The notes under the pieces: generated by a model
The model's input: the letters and a program-made list of their open reading frames with translations, nothing else
Database searches by the model: none
What the model was told of the DNA's origin: nothing
Made by a program: the position numbers and the translations under genes
Assembly: GCF_006345805.1 (NCBI RefSeq)
Contig: NC_042999.1
Span: 139,934,001 to 139,998,000 of the forward strand
Direction: 5' to 3'
Source of the DNA: Octopus sinensis
Taxonomy: Eukaryota
DNA length: 64,000 nt
In this document: positions 1-13,090 of the stretch, one piece after another
How positions within the stretch are numbered: position 1 is the stretch's first letter
Layout: each line of letters begins with the position of its first letter

Positions 1-844
1 TGAAATTGAAATGATTAACATCACGGGGTCTAAGCTCACTAGGAGCTTAACTTTACCCACCAGCACTCACAACAAAATGATTATTTCATAAAACAAATGA
101 TTTCCCTGTGCCATATAAAACTATATTTTTGTTTGGCAAAAGGCCAATTTTGTTGTTGAGTGGAAAATTAGTTGCTTGAATCGATCGCACCAAATAGCTG
201 GAATTTTATGTCATCAACATCAAAACAACGCAAAGAAACGGGCAAATATCAATCAAGCATTTTTGACAATATTCATTGTGAAATGATCTTTCACTTCCAT
301 CCAGCTTGATATGTCTCGCGAGCGTATTTTATCAAAACATACGTTATTTGAACTGGCAGCAAACTATCTATATAGTATGGAACACTCAATAATTTAACAA
401 TTATAATATCAGATCTTAGATTAGAACTATTTATACGCCCACAAATTAGACATTACATTTTCGTCAGTAAAGCTATTTAAAACGAAACAATTACATTCGA
501 CTAAGTTTTACTTCAACGCTCTCAAACATTATGTAGCTCCATGCACAGGTTGTCATATTCGTATGCAACTATTTCTTTTCTTTTTTATTATTATTATTAA
601 GATATGTATTTAAAAAACTGTAAACATTCTTCGTGGTTTTACGCACGCACACACACACACACACTGTTTACTCAATTTGGTTAAGGTAAAGCTTTCAGGA
701 AATATATCAATGTTTGATATCCATTATCTGATCTCATTAAATGTTGATTTTGATATTTCACTAAAAAGTGGGAGACAAACAAGTCTGCAAACAACACACT
801 ACGAATATGAAGAAAAACGTCAATAATCTCATCGAAGGGAAGTA

Positions 845-1015
845 ACAATTCTTCCTAATTTTGGTACAAGACCAGCAGTTTCGAAGGAAGGGGTAAAGTT
901 GATTACATAAATCCAGTGCTTGAATGGTAATTCATTTTATCGACCTTGAAACCTTAAAAGAATGAAAAGCAAAGTTGATCTCAGCGAAATTTTAACTCAG
1001 AGCGTTAAGAGCTGG
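845..1015 (-). mobile_element. Decayed SINE-B copy with alternative 3' tail (tail B)
   Basis: Reverse strand resembles the SINE-B body (ctttcattc...gtcgataaaat...gcactggatt) and ends in aaactgctggtcttgtaccaaaattagg, like the copy at 25967-26177. Confidence 0.65.
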
Positions 1016-3564
1016 AATCAATGGGAAATAATAAATACACGCTTATAAATGATGCATTGTTTTTACTTTTATGTCACTGAAGTACAATTTTGCCTGCCTT
1101 CCTACACACACACACACACACGATTGTCTAAAAACCAGTCAAAAGATTCAGGCAGTGGATATATTGGTTAATAGAGCGGATGTATTATTATGAATAAAAT
1201 ACAATATTATATTCTGATATCATCTTTCATACTCTATGAAATCTCTACCCCTGGATGAAACCGATCGTTAAAGAGGCTTTTTAAAAGAATAATAATAATA
1301 AATAGTAACAACACATCCTTCGGCAGCCTTAGGACCACGCACTGGATCCTGGCTCTATACGGAACAGTAACATGAATCAGTAATGACATATACACACATA
1401 CGTGCATACATATATACAGACACACATGTGTATGTTTATATGTTTATTTATATAAGACACTATGCAGAGTTTATGTGTGCGCGCGCGAAGGCGTCTTATA
1501 CTTTAATCATAGAAATTGAAAACAACACTAGGCTGATTATCGACACTAAAATAAAAAGAAAGCAGTTTTTAAAATGTCATACGCTGTTAATTTTGCAGAC
1601 TGTAAATTGTACTACTTGTGTAATCGGATCTGTACAGTCGTTCACAGATCTTTTTTTTTTTTTTTCTGAGTAGTCCATGTGATAGACTTTATAAATAAAT
1701 GTTATGTATGCTAAAATTTTCATACAGAAAAATAGGATGGAGTGAAATATCGTTCAAACGATAATTGGTGACGTTAACCACGCAAAATCTCACGAAGTTA
1801 TGATTTAGAACGAAAACAAACAAGTAATATACAAATAAAAAAAAAACCAATGGTCCGTCATACTTTTTTTTCATTGATTGAGACATATCTTTAATTGTCT
1901 TACATTTCATAAATCATACTAACCTTGGCAACTAAATCCTCGTCATTATACATGTGTTTTCCTTAATGTAGCAGTCTCTTCATAAATTGAATTTTTTTCT
2001 GAAGTGAAGATTAATTTACGGCTGATTCTCTGGTCAAGTAGACTGAACGAGTGTAAAAGTGATAGTAGTCCGCTTTGCCTCTTGGGTAGTCTATTTTGTT
2101 GCGCTTCCTCTAAGATCCTCCCAGAAGAGACAAATGAATTGGGTTGCTTTTGCTTGCTTGAATTACGAATAATTTATTTTACCGTCAAATATTTAATTTA
2201 TCATATATGACATATTTGAATGTATTTTAGTAATTGTTTTTAGCTCGTGATAAATAAGTGGACCGCGAATTTGTAAAAATAAATCCTTTTTTTTATTTCC
2301 ATACTTCCGTATAAATAAAAACGCACTGTATAAGTAACTCCCGTTGGTGTAAGCATCCAAAATCAGCTGCAGTATATTAAATAAGAGTAAAGACCATGTC
2401 AACCTTGATGAAAAAGGGTGAATTTAAATACAAAAATATATTGTCTGACGCTCATGATCAAAAGCAAAATAAAACAAGATATCGGCTCAACTACTATTTA
2501 TTTATCTCTTTATGATACATGAATATATTTCAAAGCTTAATTTGCAAATTCGGAATGCTCTTCGAATTTTATTTTGATTACTCTGAAATATCCTAACAAA
2601 AGCCAGATTATCCCAAATTATGTTGCACCTAACCATATATTCTTTATGGAGAAGGCATCCCTTGGAAATTTTCCAGTGCTTTATATTTAAATTTCACAAG
2701 GTCTAACAGGTGCGTTCGAGACTTTTCTTCGCCAAGGAGGACTAATAAGATCAAAACATGTCTAGAGTTGTCAGTGTCTTTACTAAAACTCACATTCATT
2801 CTCCATTACTCCATTTATTCTTTAAACACTTAAAATTCCGGCGTTTACTAATTTGCCCCTTTTGGCAAGAATTATCATTAATTGTCTTCATATTTTCATC
2901 CTCATTGCGAGTACATGATTAACAATTCATTTTGACTCACTAAAGTGAGTATATTACAGACCTAGCGACGCTCAAAAACCAAAAGTCGTGAGAATTCGAA
3001 CCTGGAGCTCGAAAAAGCAGTGAGAAATAATAAAAAGTGGTGAGACACTATCAAATTTCCTAGCAGAGCCAGTTTTAGGGTGAGCGTAATTGGGATTCTA
3101 TGTCATGTTATATCTACAGTAAACAGAATGTACCCTTAAGGATTTTAATTTGTGTGTGTGATAAGAAAGAACAAATGTATATAATTAATATAACTCAAAA
3201 CTAGAGTGTAAATAATAGAGCCCAAGTTAAGAACATAAACAGCAGAACCACATAATCAACTGTAGGATGATGCGAACTGGAGATGCTGCTGCCGCATGCA
3301 GTGTGGTCTATGAGTAGGCTAAAAATGTACCTCGGGTTTTTAGACGTTATAAACTTTTGGCGGAGTTTGTCTTTGGAGAAAGCGTGCGAAACTGCTTGTA
3401 AAAACGTGTGGGCGTGAGATTATGAGTAAAATCATGTGACTCACAACAAAATCGTGGAACTTGGTAAGTCTGATGTTAGCCCCCACTTAACTAATCTTTT
3501 ATTAGCCATGACTTCAAAACCATTTGCATTTCAAGTATTCAGCCGTTGTTAACTTTTTTATATT

Positions 3565-4200
3565 TATTTTAAGAAGTTATCTAATCTTGCTCGAATTAGC
3601 CCAACTCGATCACGACACCAATAAGCGTTCGGTTGGTCAGTAGAATCAATCGATGAAGACTTTTGCAGAACGACTGAGTCGTCTAAAATCAATGCTGGTT
3701 GTTCATGGAAATATATAGTTAATGCATGCATCCTTAGTACTCTAGCAATGCCACGCAAAACGCACAAGCCTCTCTCTAATGATATCAGTGACCAAAAGAA
3801 GGGTGCTGAACAGATTTTTTTAGGAAGTGGGGAGTCGAACTCTTTTTTCACGAGATATTCAGAACGGCCTGTAATATACAGGTGTAAGCACCATCAAGCC
3901 TTGTTACCAGTTATTTAGTAAGTGTCCACAGTAGCGGAAGCAATTTCTTTTAAGATCATCTGATAATGATAACTTCCGGAACACAATGTGGCCATCAAGA
4001 ATAGCTATGTTTTTGCAAGACGATTTTAAATCTTTTTCTCTGGATGTGGTGTTGCTTCCTAAGATACAGAAGAGTCGTAAGAATTCTTCGAGTTCAGGTT
4101 GTATGCGATTTAGTATTAACTTTCTGCAAATTTTGCTGTTACCATTGTAAAAGTAAAGACTTTGTAAATTTTAGCCAAGCCTAAATTAGCTTTCTGGGAA
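3565..4200 (-). mobile_element. RTE-group (RTE-X-like) LINE relic, RT pieces with internal deletion
   Basis: Frameshifted minus-strand peptides KICRKLILNRIQPELEEFLR, YL-GSNTTSREKDLK, WTLTK*LVTRLDGAYTCILQAVLNIS and IIRERLVRFAWHC resemble RTE-clade RT and C-terminal motifs. Confidence 0.7.
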
Positions 4201-4559
4201 ACTGGAGTCCACGATCGTTGGTTCACTTCTCAATTGGATTTTGATTGTATAATGCCCTACAAAATTAAAGGAGGGTATCACCGAACGACCTTAGCTTTGA
4301 TAACAAACCTCCAGATTCAAGTTGGAGTAATTTTTCTTCATTATCCTTTCTGATGATGTGTAGAACATCATGAATGACCTATTTCTTCGTTAAAAATTGT
4401 CGCAGACTTCACAGTTGAATAAGAAACTTTTGTTTCAGAACGCGGTTGTTGATGCGGGTAAATCGATCTCTCCTGGCGACTTCACAATCGTAACACTGAC
4501 ACACTCAAGTCATACTGGATAAACTTACTAACGTACAGAAAAGGGTTGAAAAAAAGAAG

Positions 4560-5161
4560 GCAGCGGGCCTTGATAGCGTTGCAAGAAATCTAGTGATGTA
4601 TTACGAAGGCTAGCTGTCTTCCTGTCTTTGATTCTTTTTAGGACGTCAATAAATTCATCTAGTATAACACTTATCGAATTTCTGTCTTTTAAATTAGGTC
4701 TAGGATGTCAATGTGCGCAGCATTATGATATAGCCATTGTGGGTCATATTTGATTTTGAAGGTCGTCAGTTGATCAGACCTTAGATATTTTGTTTGGGGT
4801 GGGTGGAATGGGTGGTCTAGTTGGTACGTGGGAAATTTGCCGAGAGTATTGTTGTTGTTCTTTATTACCGATAGCCATTTGAGTTGGTAGGCTGTTCGAC
4901 GAAAGTTGGCTTCCAGGTCGAGTAAGATTTTCTTGTTCGGCTGTGGGCTCAAGCTAAATTTAGGGCTCAGACTGAGAAGTTCTAGTTCTTCATGGGAGAT
5001 TGACCCACTCAAGTCTGTGATTAGGGTTTTCGTTGTTGATGGTGTGCTGGCGTCCTCGATGTTAGTGTTATTTTACTCAGTGGATGTGTCCTGTTCATCT
5101 GTGTCAGTGTAATAGGCCGAGTTGTGGCGGTATTTGGTACAAAGCCACAGGAATTTAAGTT
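4560..5161 (-). mobile_element. Penelope-like element N-terminal ORF fragment (left arm of a palindrome)
   Basis: ORF 4689-5012: (D)LSGSISHEELELLSLSPKF...LLDLEANF resembles the PLE N-terminal V.NLS...E..LL.LG.KF motif; inverted copy at 5252-5612. Confidence 0.7.
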
Positions 5162-5199
5162 CGGTCAACCACAGAACCTACACACCGAAGAACAACCGC

Positions 5200-5630
5200 A
5201 GCTATTGACCGATGCTACCACCACTGCGTTGACCAAGAGAAGAAACGCCTCAAACTTAAATTCCTGTGGTTTTGTACCAAATACCGCCACAATTCGGCCT
5301 ATTACACTAACACAGATGAACAGGGCACGTCCACCAAACAAGATAACACTAACATCGAGGACTCCAGCACACCATCAACAACGAAATCCCTAATCACAGA
5401 CTTGAGTGGGTCAATTTCCCACGAAGAAGTAGAACTTTTCAGTCTGGGCCCTAAATTTATCTTGAGCCAAAACCCGAACGAGAAAATCTTACTTGACCTG
5501 GAAGCCAACTTTTGTTGAACAGCCTACCAACTCAAATGGTTATCGGTGATAAAGAACAACAACAACACACTCGGCAAATTTCCCACGTACTAACTAGACC
5601 ACCCAGTCCATCCAGCCCCAGCATTACACA
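5200..5630 (+). mobile_element. Penelope-like element N-terminal ORF fragment (right arm of a palindrome)
   Basis: Plus frame ...KLKFLWFCTKY...ITDLSGSISHEEVELFSLGPKFILSQNPNEKILLDLEANF; reverse complement of 4806-5161. Confidence 0.7.
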
Positions 5631-5699
5631 ATGCTTCAAGCGAATTACAATACTCTCCTATTTAAATATTTTCTTGTTCTGAAGAGGGAGCCAGGTCTT

Positions 5700-6105
5700 G
5701 AGATACGGTTTTGTCAATATTATATTTGCTAGGAGAGATCAATTTACCCGGCAACTTTCAGTTTCATTACAGTTGCTATAATATCAAACAAGTTCCTATT
5801 TAACTACGAAGTCTGAGACTGTTTTCACGAAGGAGTATGTCGTTTTAGAATTTTAAAGAGCATTAGAAACGGGAATGAAAGGCAATGATTCCAATTAGGA
5901 GTCGAAACACGATCGCAGGCTATAATGATAACGACAACAACAATGATGATAAGCATCATCACCGTAATCGTCATCATTATCCTCCTTCTCCTCCTCTTCC
6001 TCCTCCTCCTCATCATCATCATCGCCACCACCACAACCACCACCACCATAATGTCAGGTACGGTAGAAGAGCAACATATTGTTGATAGTAATTCAGCGTC
6101 ATTGT

Positions 6106-6180
<75 letters not shown>

Positions 6181-7105
6181 GCGTGCGTGCGTGCGTGCGT
6201 GCGTGCGTGCACCAAGACTTCTAAGCTCTTTTAGTAATTCCATCAATAGTGGAAGAATTCAGAGTCACGAAGTTATGAGCAAACAGTACATTACTACTAT
6301 TTGAGGATCAGAGAGTAAGACGCGCCAACAAGAACATAATCATAATTAGTGACCGTAAGTGGAAAACCTAGAAAGCTGTGAAGGAAGCAGCAACGTATTG
6401 GAAGCGCCAATAAACTGCCGGGGGTAGTATGTAATGAACGGTTAGGACTTGGCAACTACAACACCATGTGATGGAAAAATATTAATTCCAGGTGCAAAAA
6501 TAGAGCTCATAATGCTGAAGATACAGAGGAAGATTGCAATGTAAAAGCGGTAGGAACTCTGGGAACTCTGGAGTACTGACTAGGGAAAATTGTCCTTCTT
6601 CATGTGTGCTGTCGCTGACTTCTTGCCAACCACAAATAATCTTAAAATCTGGGACAAAGAGGAATACCTTCTGAAAATAGCGTGGAGAAGCTCTTTGCAC
6701 CCTGAAATACATTTTGACCGGATACTCCCAGAGCACTAAGAAAAGTTCGATGATACAAGTGGTGGTACGACAAGGTCCTTACAGAAATTGCCGAGAGGAC
6801 AGACCTGCAAAAAGTTAATGCTAACAAGCAGCAGCATCACTATCCAAAGGAATCATATTCCTACGAGGCTTCTGAAGGCAAAAGCAACTCTAGGGACTTG
6901 TTTTCTATTTTGCATGAAGGCTCAGACTGAAATGCAAGTGCATCAGAAGGGTTGATTCGTGTTTCCGAAAGAGGTGACAGTAACATTCGACCAATCATAT
7001 TCCTACTTACTATCCTGGAGCGCAAAATTATTCATCTGCTCTGGGAGAGCAGACTTGACATTTCTCACCAACCGAAGAAAACTAAATATTAGAATTTGGT
7101 TGGTT
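5700..7105 (+). mobile_element. HERO/NeSL-like RLE-type LINE relic (RT C-terminus, Zn-knuckle region, RLE), split by microsatellites at ~5900-6210
   Basis: Frameshifted peptides LPGNF, FLFNYEV, SIVEEFRVTK...SDRKW, LSFFMCAVADFLPTTNNLKIWDKEE, YKWWYDKVLTEIAE and IRPII...WESRLDISHQPKKTKY occur in the order expected for HERO-type ORFs. Confidence 0.7.
5915..6210. repeat. Compound microsatellites (CAT/CCT/CAC, GT, GCGT)
   Basis: Directly visible tandem runs. Confidence 0.95.
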
Positions 7106-7187
7106 TAAGCTTTCATCAAAGAAAGGTATAGTTTTCCAGTAGAATCAGAAAACAGTTCATCATTTCAAGCTCATTATATACAAACCA

Positions 7188-7635
7188 GGATCTTTTCTAA
7201 AAGATGGACAGAATTTTCTACTTAACTAAATAATTTGAAACTTCGTATACTGGTAGAATGTGTCAAAAGAAAACATTAATTTCAATTAATTTTTTTGAGA
7301 AAAATGTATTTTGTAACTTTTACGTAGTTTAATTCTTCGAATTTTAACCAATCGTATTCTCATGTATATTGAAATAAACATGCGAGAAGCCTTTGAAGAC
7401 AGAAGGCAGAAGACAGTGATAAGGATGAATAACACGACAGAAATTTATTGAGCTCAAAACAGAGAATACGATTGGTTAAAATTCGAAGAATTAAACTACA
7501 TAAAAGTTACAAAATACATTTTTCTCAAAAAAACTAATTGAAATAAATGTTTTCTTTTGACACATTCTACCAGTATACGAAGTTTCAAATTATTTAGTTA
7601 AGTAGAAAATTCTGTCCATCTTTTAGAAAAGATCC
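7188..7635. mobile_element. MITE with ~173-bp TIRs, GGATCTTTTC termini and a perfect 8-bp TSD (ACAAACCA)
   Basis: 7188-7361 is the near-perfect reverse complement of ~7462-7635; acaaacca at 7180-7187 and 7636-7643. Confidence 0.92.
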
Positions 7636-7832
7636 ACAAACCATAATGGTTTACACAACATGTACAGATCATAATCCTTCTGTGCTTTAGAATTAGTATC
7701 ATCAGTTCATAAATGTTTCTGAAGTAGCGTCCTTGAAATTTGCAATGAAATTTTATGGAGCTAATATACGAACCCCCATTCATAGAGCCATAATCTATTT
7801 TTGGCACAACAATGAAGCTGAGCGGATAAATA

Positions 7833-8869
7833 TGTAGGAAATACGACCGTATGTGGAGGTTGGCGACATAGGTAAGTCACACGGTCGCATCCCTAACGAA
7901 ATAAGATAAGCCATAAATACAATTTATACAATGCAGTGCCAACAGGATATAGATGAATGACGACAAGCCGTTCCACTGTTTGAGGGAAGATAAGATTTTA
8001 TTTACAAGGTGTTAAGGTTAGAGGGTTGTGAGTGCTAGCAAGTGTTGGGTATGTGTGCATGCAACAAGTGTTTGTGCTAGCAAGTGTTGGGTATGTGTGC
8101 ATGCAACAAGTGTTTGTTCGTGTGTGTGACAGATACAAATGAGGGTGAATGCGTGTGACACAGAAAGTACAGAGCGTAGAGTTAATGATGGAAATTGGTT
8201 TACAGTTCATAAGGTACACGATATGTAAGAGTTCCGTATCAAGATGTGTCTCGAGCGGTGACCGGTTGGGCGAATATTGTCGAGCCGCGGTTGTGGTCTC
8301 AATCGCCGAGCTGGTTCTCCTAATATAGAATTCTTCAGATGGACTGTTTTACTTGGTGAAGGGATTTACTCTAACAGCGTGGGTCTGTGAAGTTGGTGTA
8401 TACATATCTAAAGTGGACGATGGTAGAGACGACTTGAAGTTGGTACAATGATGGTGACGACGGCGACGGAGATAGAAGGCATTCTGCGGTGCTGGTGTAT
8501 GTTAGCGTCGTCGCTGGTTGTAGTTGGAGCAATCGTCTGTCGCTGGAACTAAAACATGTTGAGTAGCTCTGTGGTCAGTGACCAGACCTTAGAAGGTCTG
8601 AAGTCAAAGACCAAGTATACTGAGAACAATCCTTTATATACAAGAAAGGTGGCTCAACAGAGCCTAGGAAAAGGGACCTTAACCAAAGGCCGTGATTGGT
8701 TGGCCTTGGACAGTGGCGCGAAATAAGTAGAGACAAATCGAGCCACATATCAACCAATCAGGTCAGTGGTGGACACAACAGGAACAACTCGGCCAAAGAT
8801 GGCTGTAATCTCAAACGAGATCATTCCTGCCGTATCTCTCAAACAGTGAGGATGTCAGATACCGCTACA
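7833..8869 (-). mobile_element. Solo LTR (probably Gypsy), TGTAG...CTACA, 4-bp TSD AATA
   Basis: 5-bp inverted termini; aata at 7829-7832 and 8870-8873; minus-strand TATA (8631-8640) and AATAAA (~7998-8003); internal 42-bp tandem duplication at ~8030-8113. Orientation is inferred. Confidence 0.8.
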
Positions 8870-8873
8870 AATA

Positions 8874-9435
8874 TGTAGTGGCTTCATGCAGGCATAGCGT
8901 GGATTCGATCCTCGATAGTCAAATTTCACTTAACAGCTCAACAGCACTTTTCTCACGGTAAAACAATAGTTTTTCTGAGTGACACGAGTTACACTTGCCA
9001 GATGCCATTGCTAAGCAGAATAATGTCTTTGCCACTTGACTCTTCTAACCTCTTCTAGGTCACCAAAAGCTAGAATAGTGATAACAGATTCTCAACGAGA
9101 TCTATTGTTCTCAGCAATATATCTATCTTTCTAGCTGGCTTTCGATAGTTATAAACACTAGAATTTGGTAAGGCAAAATCATTTAGTGAACAGAGACCAG
9201 CTAGAGTCATGGCCACAAGCAGGCAGTCACTTGAGACCAAACGGCCATAGAGAGAAAGAAGGTTACAACCTGCCAACTGAGACACAACGTGCCTCGACTC
9301 TATAACTTCCACTAACTAAATTTCTTTTTTCTTACAGCATCATTCTGTCACCAACCCACTTCGTTGCCGTTACATTGGTGACACAAACCGTTAAATTGGC
9401 GACCAAGAACTACAACGAATACTATTTCCGTTACA
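8874..9435. mobile_element. Second solo-LTR-like unit, TGTA...TACA, flanked by AATA
   Basis: Starts tgtagtgg after aata (8870-8873), ends ccgttaca followed by aata (9436-9439); terminus resembles ccgctaca of the neighbouring LTR; contains PBS-like ttggtgac and ttggcgac. Confidence 0.6.
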
Positions 9436-10093
9436 AATATATAAACTATTAATTATTGACAACCATAGTGCATGAGGCACTCTCTGGTAAGTTGAGAGTT
9501 ACCGTAAACAAAGGCACACCGCTGTTATGTTTTGTTGTTGATATCTCGTTAACCAGAGAGAAATTGAAATTCTTAGACTTGAGAAGCAACCGACGAATTT
9601 TGGCAAGTTGTAACACAGTCCTTTTAAGAAAATGGCCTAATGCAATTTTAATTCCACAATACATATAGGCAGATATTCTCCGCAAACATTTCTCGCTGTG
9701 AACCCATTCTTTCTCAGCAGACTTCTTGATGAAAGCGTTTGAAAAATGTTATAACTTCTGAAATAAACTATAAAGAAATAAACTGTAATATAGATTGTAT
9801 TTGTATAAACAACATTCAAATAAACAAACAGGATTACTAAATCTATGTTAAGTATTCTTGATCTCAGTTTGTGTTTGAATAAATGACAACAATGAGGCTT
9901 AAAAATAGACCATAACCTGTTCTGAAGAAATGGAGACAACAACAATAAATGAAGTGTCTATTTTGCTAAGGGTCTAAGAGATTAAATCGACAGCCCACTT
10001 GGCCAAATATAGTGCATTCTTATCCTATCCTGTACAGTGTTGTGTTATGACCTGCGTATGGTAGTGAAAAATTCCGTCAATTCCATTTTCTTG

Positions 10094-10095
<2 letters not shown>

Positions 10096-10147
<52 letters not shown>
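10096..10147. repeat. (TAA)n microsatellite at the 3' end of the Tx1 remnant
   Basis: Visible run abutting the LINE terminus. Confidence 0.95.
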
Positions 10148-10148
<1 letters not shown>

Positions 10149-10750
10149 TTTTCTTTATTAACCACAAGGGTTTACATTAAGAAAAACATTATGGACAGTA
10201 CAGGACAAAACAAAGAATGTGTGTGTGTGAGTTGTGAGGGTTTTGCGTGCAAACAAGACTAACAAAATGATAAAAAGGAAGGAGAAAGAAATCAACAATG
10301 TGATATCCTCAATAGGGAGGAGACGTCCGAGGGCTACTCATGGAAAAACTCCATAAAAAACCATGGGTACCCTGACTTTTGGGGCAGGTGCCTTTTTCTT
10401 TCCTTTTTTCAACTACAGGCGTATGTTCGGTGCAGGCCCGTTCACTCGCACCATTCTTACTACTTTCATCCACCTTTCAGCAAACTGGCTTGAAGACAAC
10501 ACTTCTCTCTCTATTCTTATTTCCCTTTTGAAGTGAAACTTGAAGAGGTTGATCAGGGATTGGTCAAAGAGAAAAGTGTTTGTCTTCAGTCCCTTCAATC
10601 TCGTCCACCATACAACCTCTTTCGCCATGGCCACAAGACATATATAAACAGCCTTTCATTCCTGGTTAAAGGAAGGCAGCGGGGCAATCTTCACGATGGA
10701 TTCAGTTGACAGCGTGTGACAATCACTGATGACGGGTCAATACTCAGGAA
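10147..10750 (-). mobile_element. 3' end of a second L1/Tx1-clade LINE subfamily
   Basis: LSTESIVKIAP...MAKEVVWWTRLKG...FKFHFKREIRIERE...FAERW aligns to the C-terminus of the 16387-17895 ORF; terminus cccttgtggttaataaagaaaaca matches that element's end. Confidence 0.85.
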
Positions 10751-11174
10751 CTCGGGTCCGTGTGTATCATGTTAGGTTGTAGATGGGAAGGATGGCTTCC
10801 CTTTGGAAATACTGATAGGGCACAGAAAGTGTGTCAATAGCCAGCTGGAGGATGTGTCATCCTGGGGCTGCAAGCAACAGTAGCATCCACCCTTAAGGGT
10901 TAGCCACATTTAAGTGGTAAATATACTTCGCAATTTCTTGTAAACTGTTTTTAACATTTTCTTATTATTATCAAAGAATGTATATATGTATATATGTGAC
11001 AACCAGTACTTAACACCACAAAACTTATACAAAGTTTTACATTTTACTTTTGACAATAATTTTCTAAAAAAGTCAAACCGGTCAAGTGAAAAAACATCTT
11101 TAAAATTGCATTTTCAAACCTTCTTTCATATATATTTCCACTCATGCAGTATCTTACAGATTTACTTTGTTATC

Positions 11175-11223
<49 letters not shown>

Positions 11224-11439
11224 ACATATATATATATATATATTGTTTTTTCTACCAGTAATTACAAATAGAACATGTTGAATTCCTTCATTTCAAGGCA
11301 GCGCTCTCAGTGGTCAGTGACCACTGGTAGTAGTAAACACATTTGACCTCTGCTGACCCAAAGGATTCGAAAGTTCCTTTGTTTCTATGGCTGACCTCCC
11401 CACCATCTGCCGAATCTATTTATAGACCTGTAGAATATG

Positions 11440-11640
11440 ATCAAATAGGTGTTGCAATAAGGGTGGAGCACTTGCGGAAAACAGTACTGCTTGGAACCTC
11501 TCGAATACTCCGGAAGGTGCTCGAAAAATAAGAGGTGTTACCTTAGTTCACTGGTAGTGAACAGCTGACACTGTAATACATCTCCAGCGTTAGAAGCTGT
11601 GCAAAGGCAACAACAACAATAAATAAATAAATATATAAAA
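11440..11640 (+). mobile_element. R4/Dong-like RLE LINE 3' end
   Basis: IRVEHLRKTVLLGTSRILRKVLEK* resembles the R4/Dong C-terminal LQK..LLGT.RILRKVL; short UTR then (CAA)/(AAAT) tail. Confidence 0.65.
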
Positions 11641-12339
11641 ATAAAGCGGAAAAAGTAGCTGTTACATTTACAGAATATGCTTATTTCTGATTGGTAGTAA
11701 CATAAAACGCTTGAGAAACTTACTCTCGTCTTGAATAATGAACTCATTACTACAAACCAACGATTCAGTGGTCCAGAATAGTACTATATTATTAACTAAA
11801 AGATCAATCAATGTTATTCTGTCGTTGGTGCTGTGTAGTATCGATGACAAGGCCTCTTAAATTTTATTGAGAAAATTTACGTTGGCGAAACAAAAGAATG
11901 TGAAGTTAGAAAGTAGAGGAACGAAACATAATATTTTAAGGCATTTAATCTGACATTCTACTGATTCTGCCAAATCACCGCCATGAAATTAACGAAATCT
12001 ATCAAAATCTTCAAGATAAGCATTCAATTTAGTTGGCAGATTAGGGGAAAAAAATACGGTCTTCACAGATTTTCTACTGATTCAGCTGACAAGCAGTGAT
12101 CTCATCCACTAGCTTTCATTCTGTCTGTCTCTCCTATTTTGTAATGTTGATTCCCACCCTCTTTATAAGTTGAGCGTAAAAGTAATACATGACATTTTTT
12201 GATTTCGTTCATATGAACATTACGTTGTAGTCGTATGATAAATAACATGTATGGTTCTTCAGAACCGTGGACAGAAAGATTTATCCCTAGAAGAAGGTTG
12301 TTTTCGAACTCCTGTTCACCAATTATCAAAATCAAGTGC

Positions 12340-13090
12340 AGCATAATTTTAACTATTTATTTATTACCGAAGATCACACAATTCCGAACTGGGTTTTAGC
12401 TGTGTCAGAAGTATTTTGCATGCTTTCTTGCGCAAAAAGTTTTGTGTATCTGAAATCTGCAACTTCAATTTGTAGTTTTCGCAAAATGTTCGATGAACAA
12501 ACATTTTGCTAAGGCTGCCGCGGCAGGCATCGCGAAAAGAAAATTCAGAACGTTACACAAACATTTGGAGTAATGTTTTCGAGTTTGTGACAGTATACTT
12601 CGTTGAGTAAATCTATGGGCTTAAATTGTAGTTCCCCTATGTTATAATTTTCATGTCGGTTAATTCATTTGAAAGTCCTTTGGTAGTTGCATGGGCATTT
12701 TACATTTGTGTAGAGAACATGCACTTTGTGGTCAAAAGACTTTCCGGTGTAGACAACTTTTTCCAGATCAACAAAAAAGTATGAGAAGTGTTCTTTGCAG
12801 TTTCAAATCTTGTTAAGATTCTACTTGAAGGAATCGTCAATCGGAGCGGAGAACCCCTCCAAAATAAGGGAGTTTCATGCATCAGAATCCTCTGAACGGT
12901 TTTCATAACTCCTCAGAAAACTTCTTTCGCTTTAGCTAATGTATTTGAATGTATTTGAATTACTGTGCAATTTGCAGACTGTTAGTAACATGTCTTCATT
13001 CTGTCAGTAGAGTGTCAAGTTAATTTCGATATTTCTACGGATATTTTTTTATGAATATTTCAATGTTGTTCTCTCCATTCTCGACCATGA
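12340..13090 (-). mobile_element. hAT transposase C-terminal relic (dimerisation region)
   Basis: Minus-strand APIDDSF...KEHFSYFF, KPIDLLNEVY..LENITPNVCVTF*IF and NFLR resemble the hAT FPN...LRI...SAERSFS.L..IK..LR segment; many frameshifts. Confidence 0.5.

Noticed and set aside
9440-9945. Overlapping 70-102-aa ORFs after the LTR pair
   Set aside because: No family motif was recognised, and the lengths are expected by chance.
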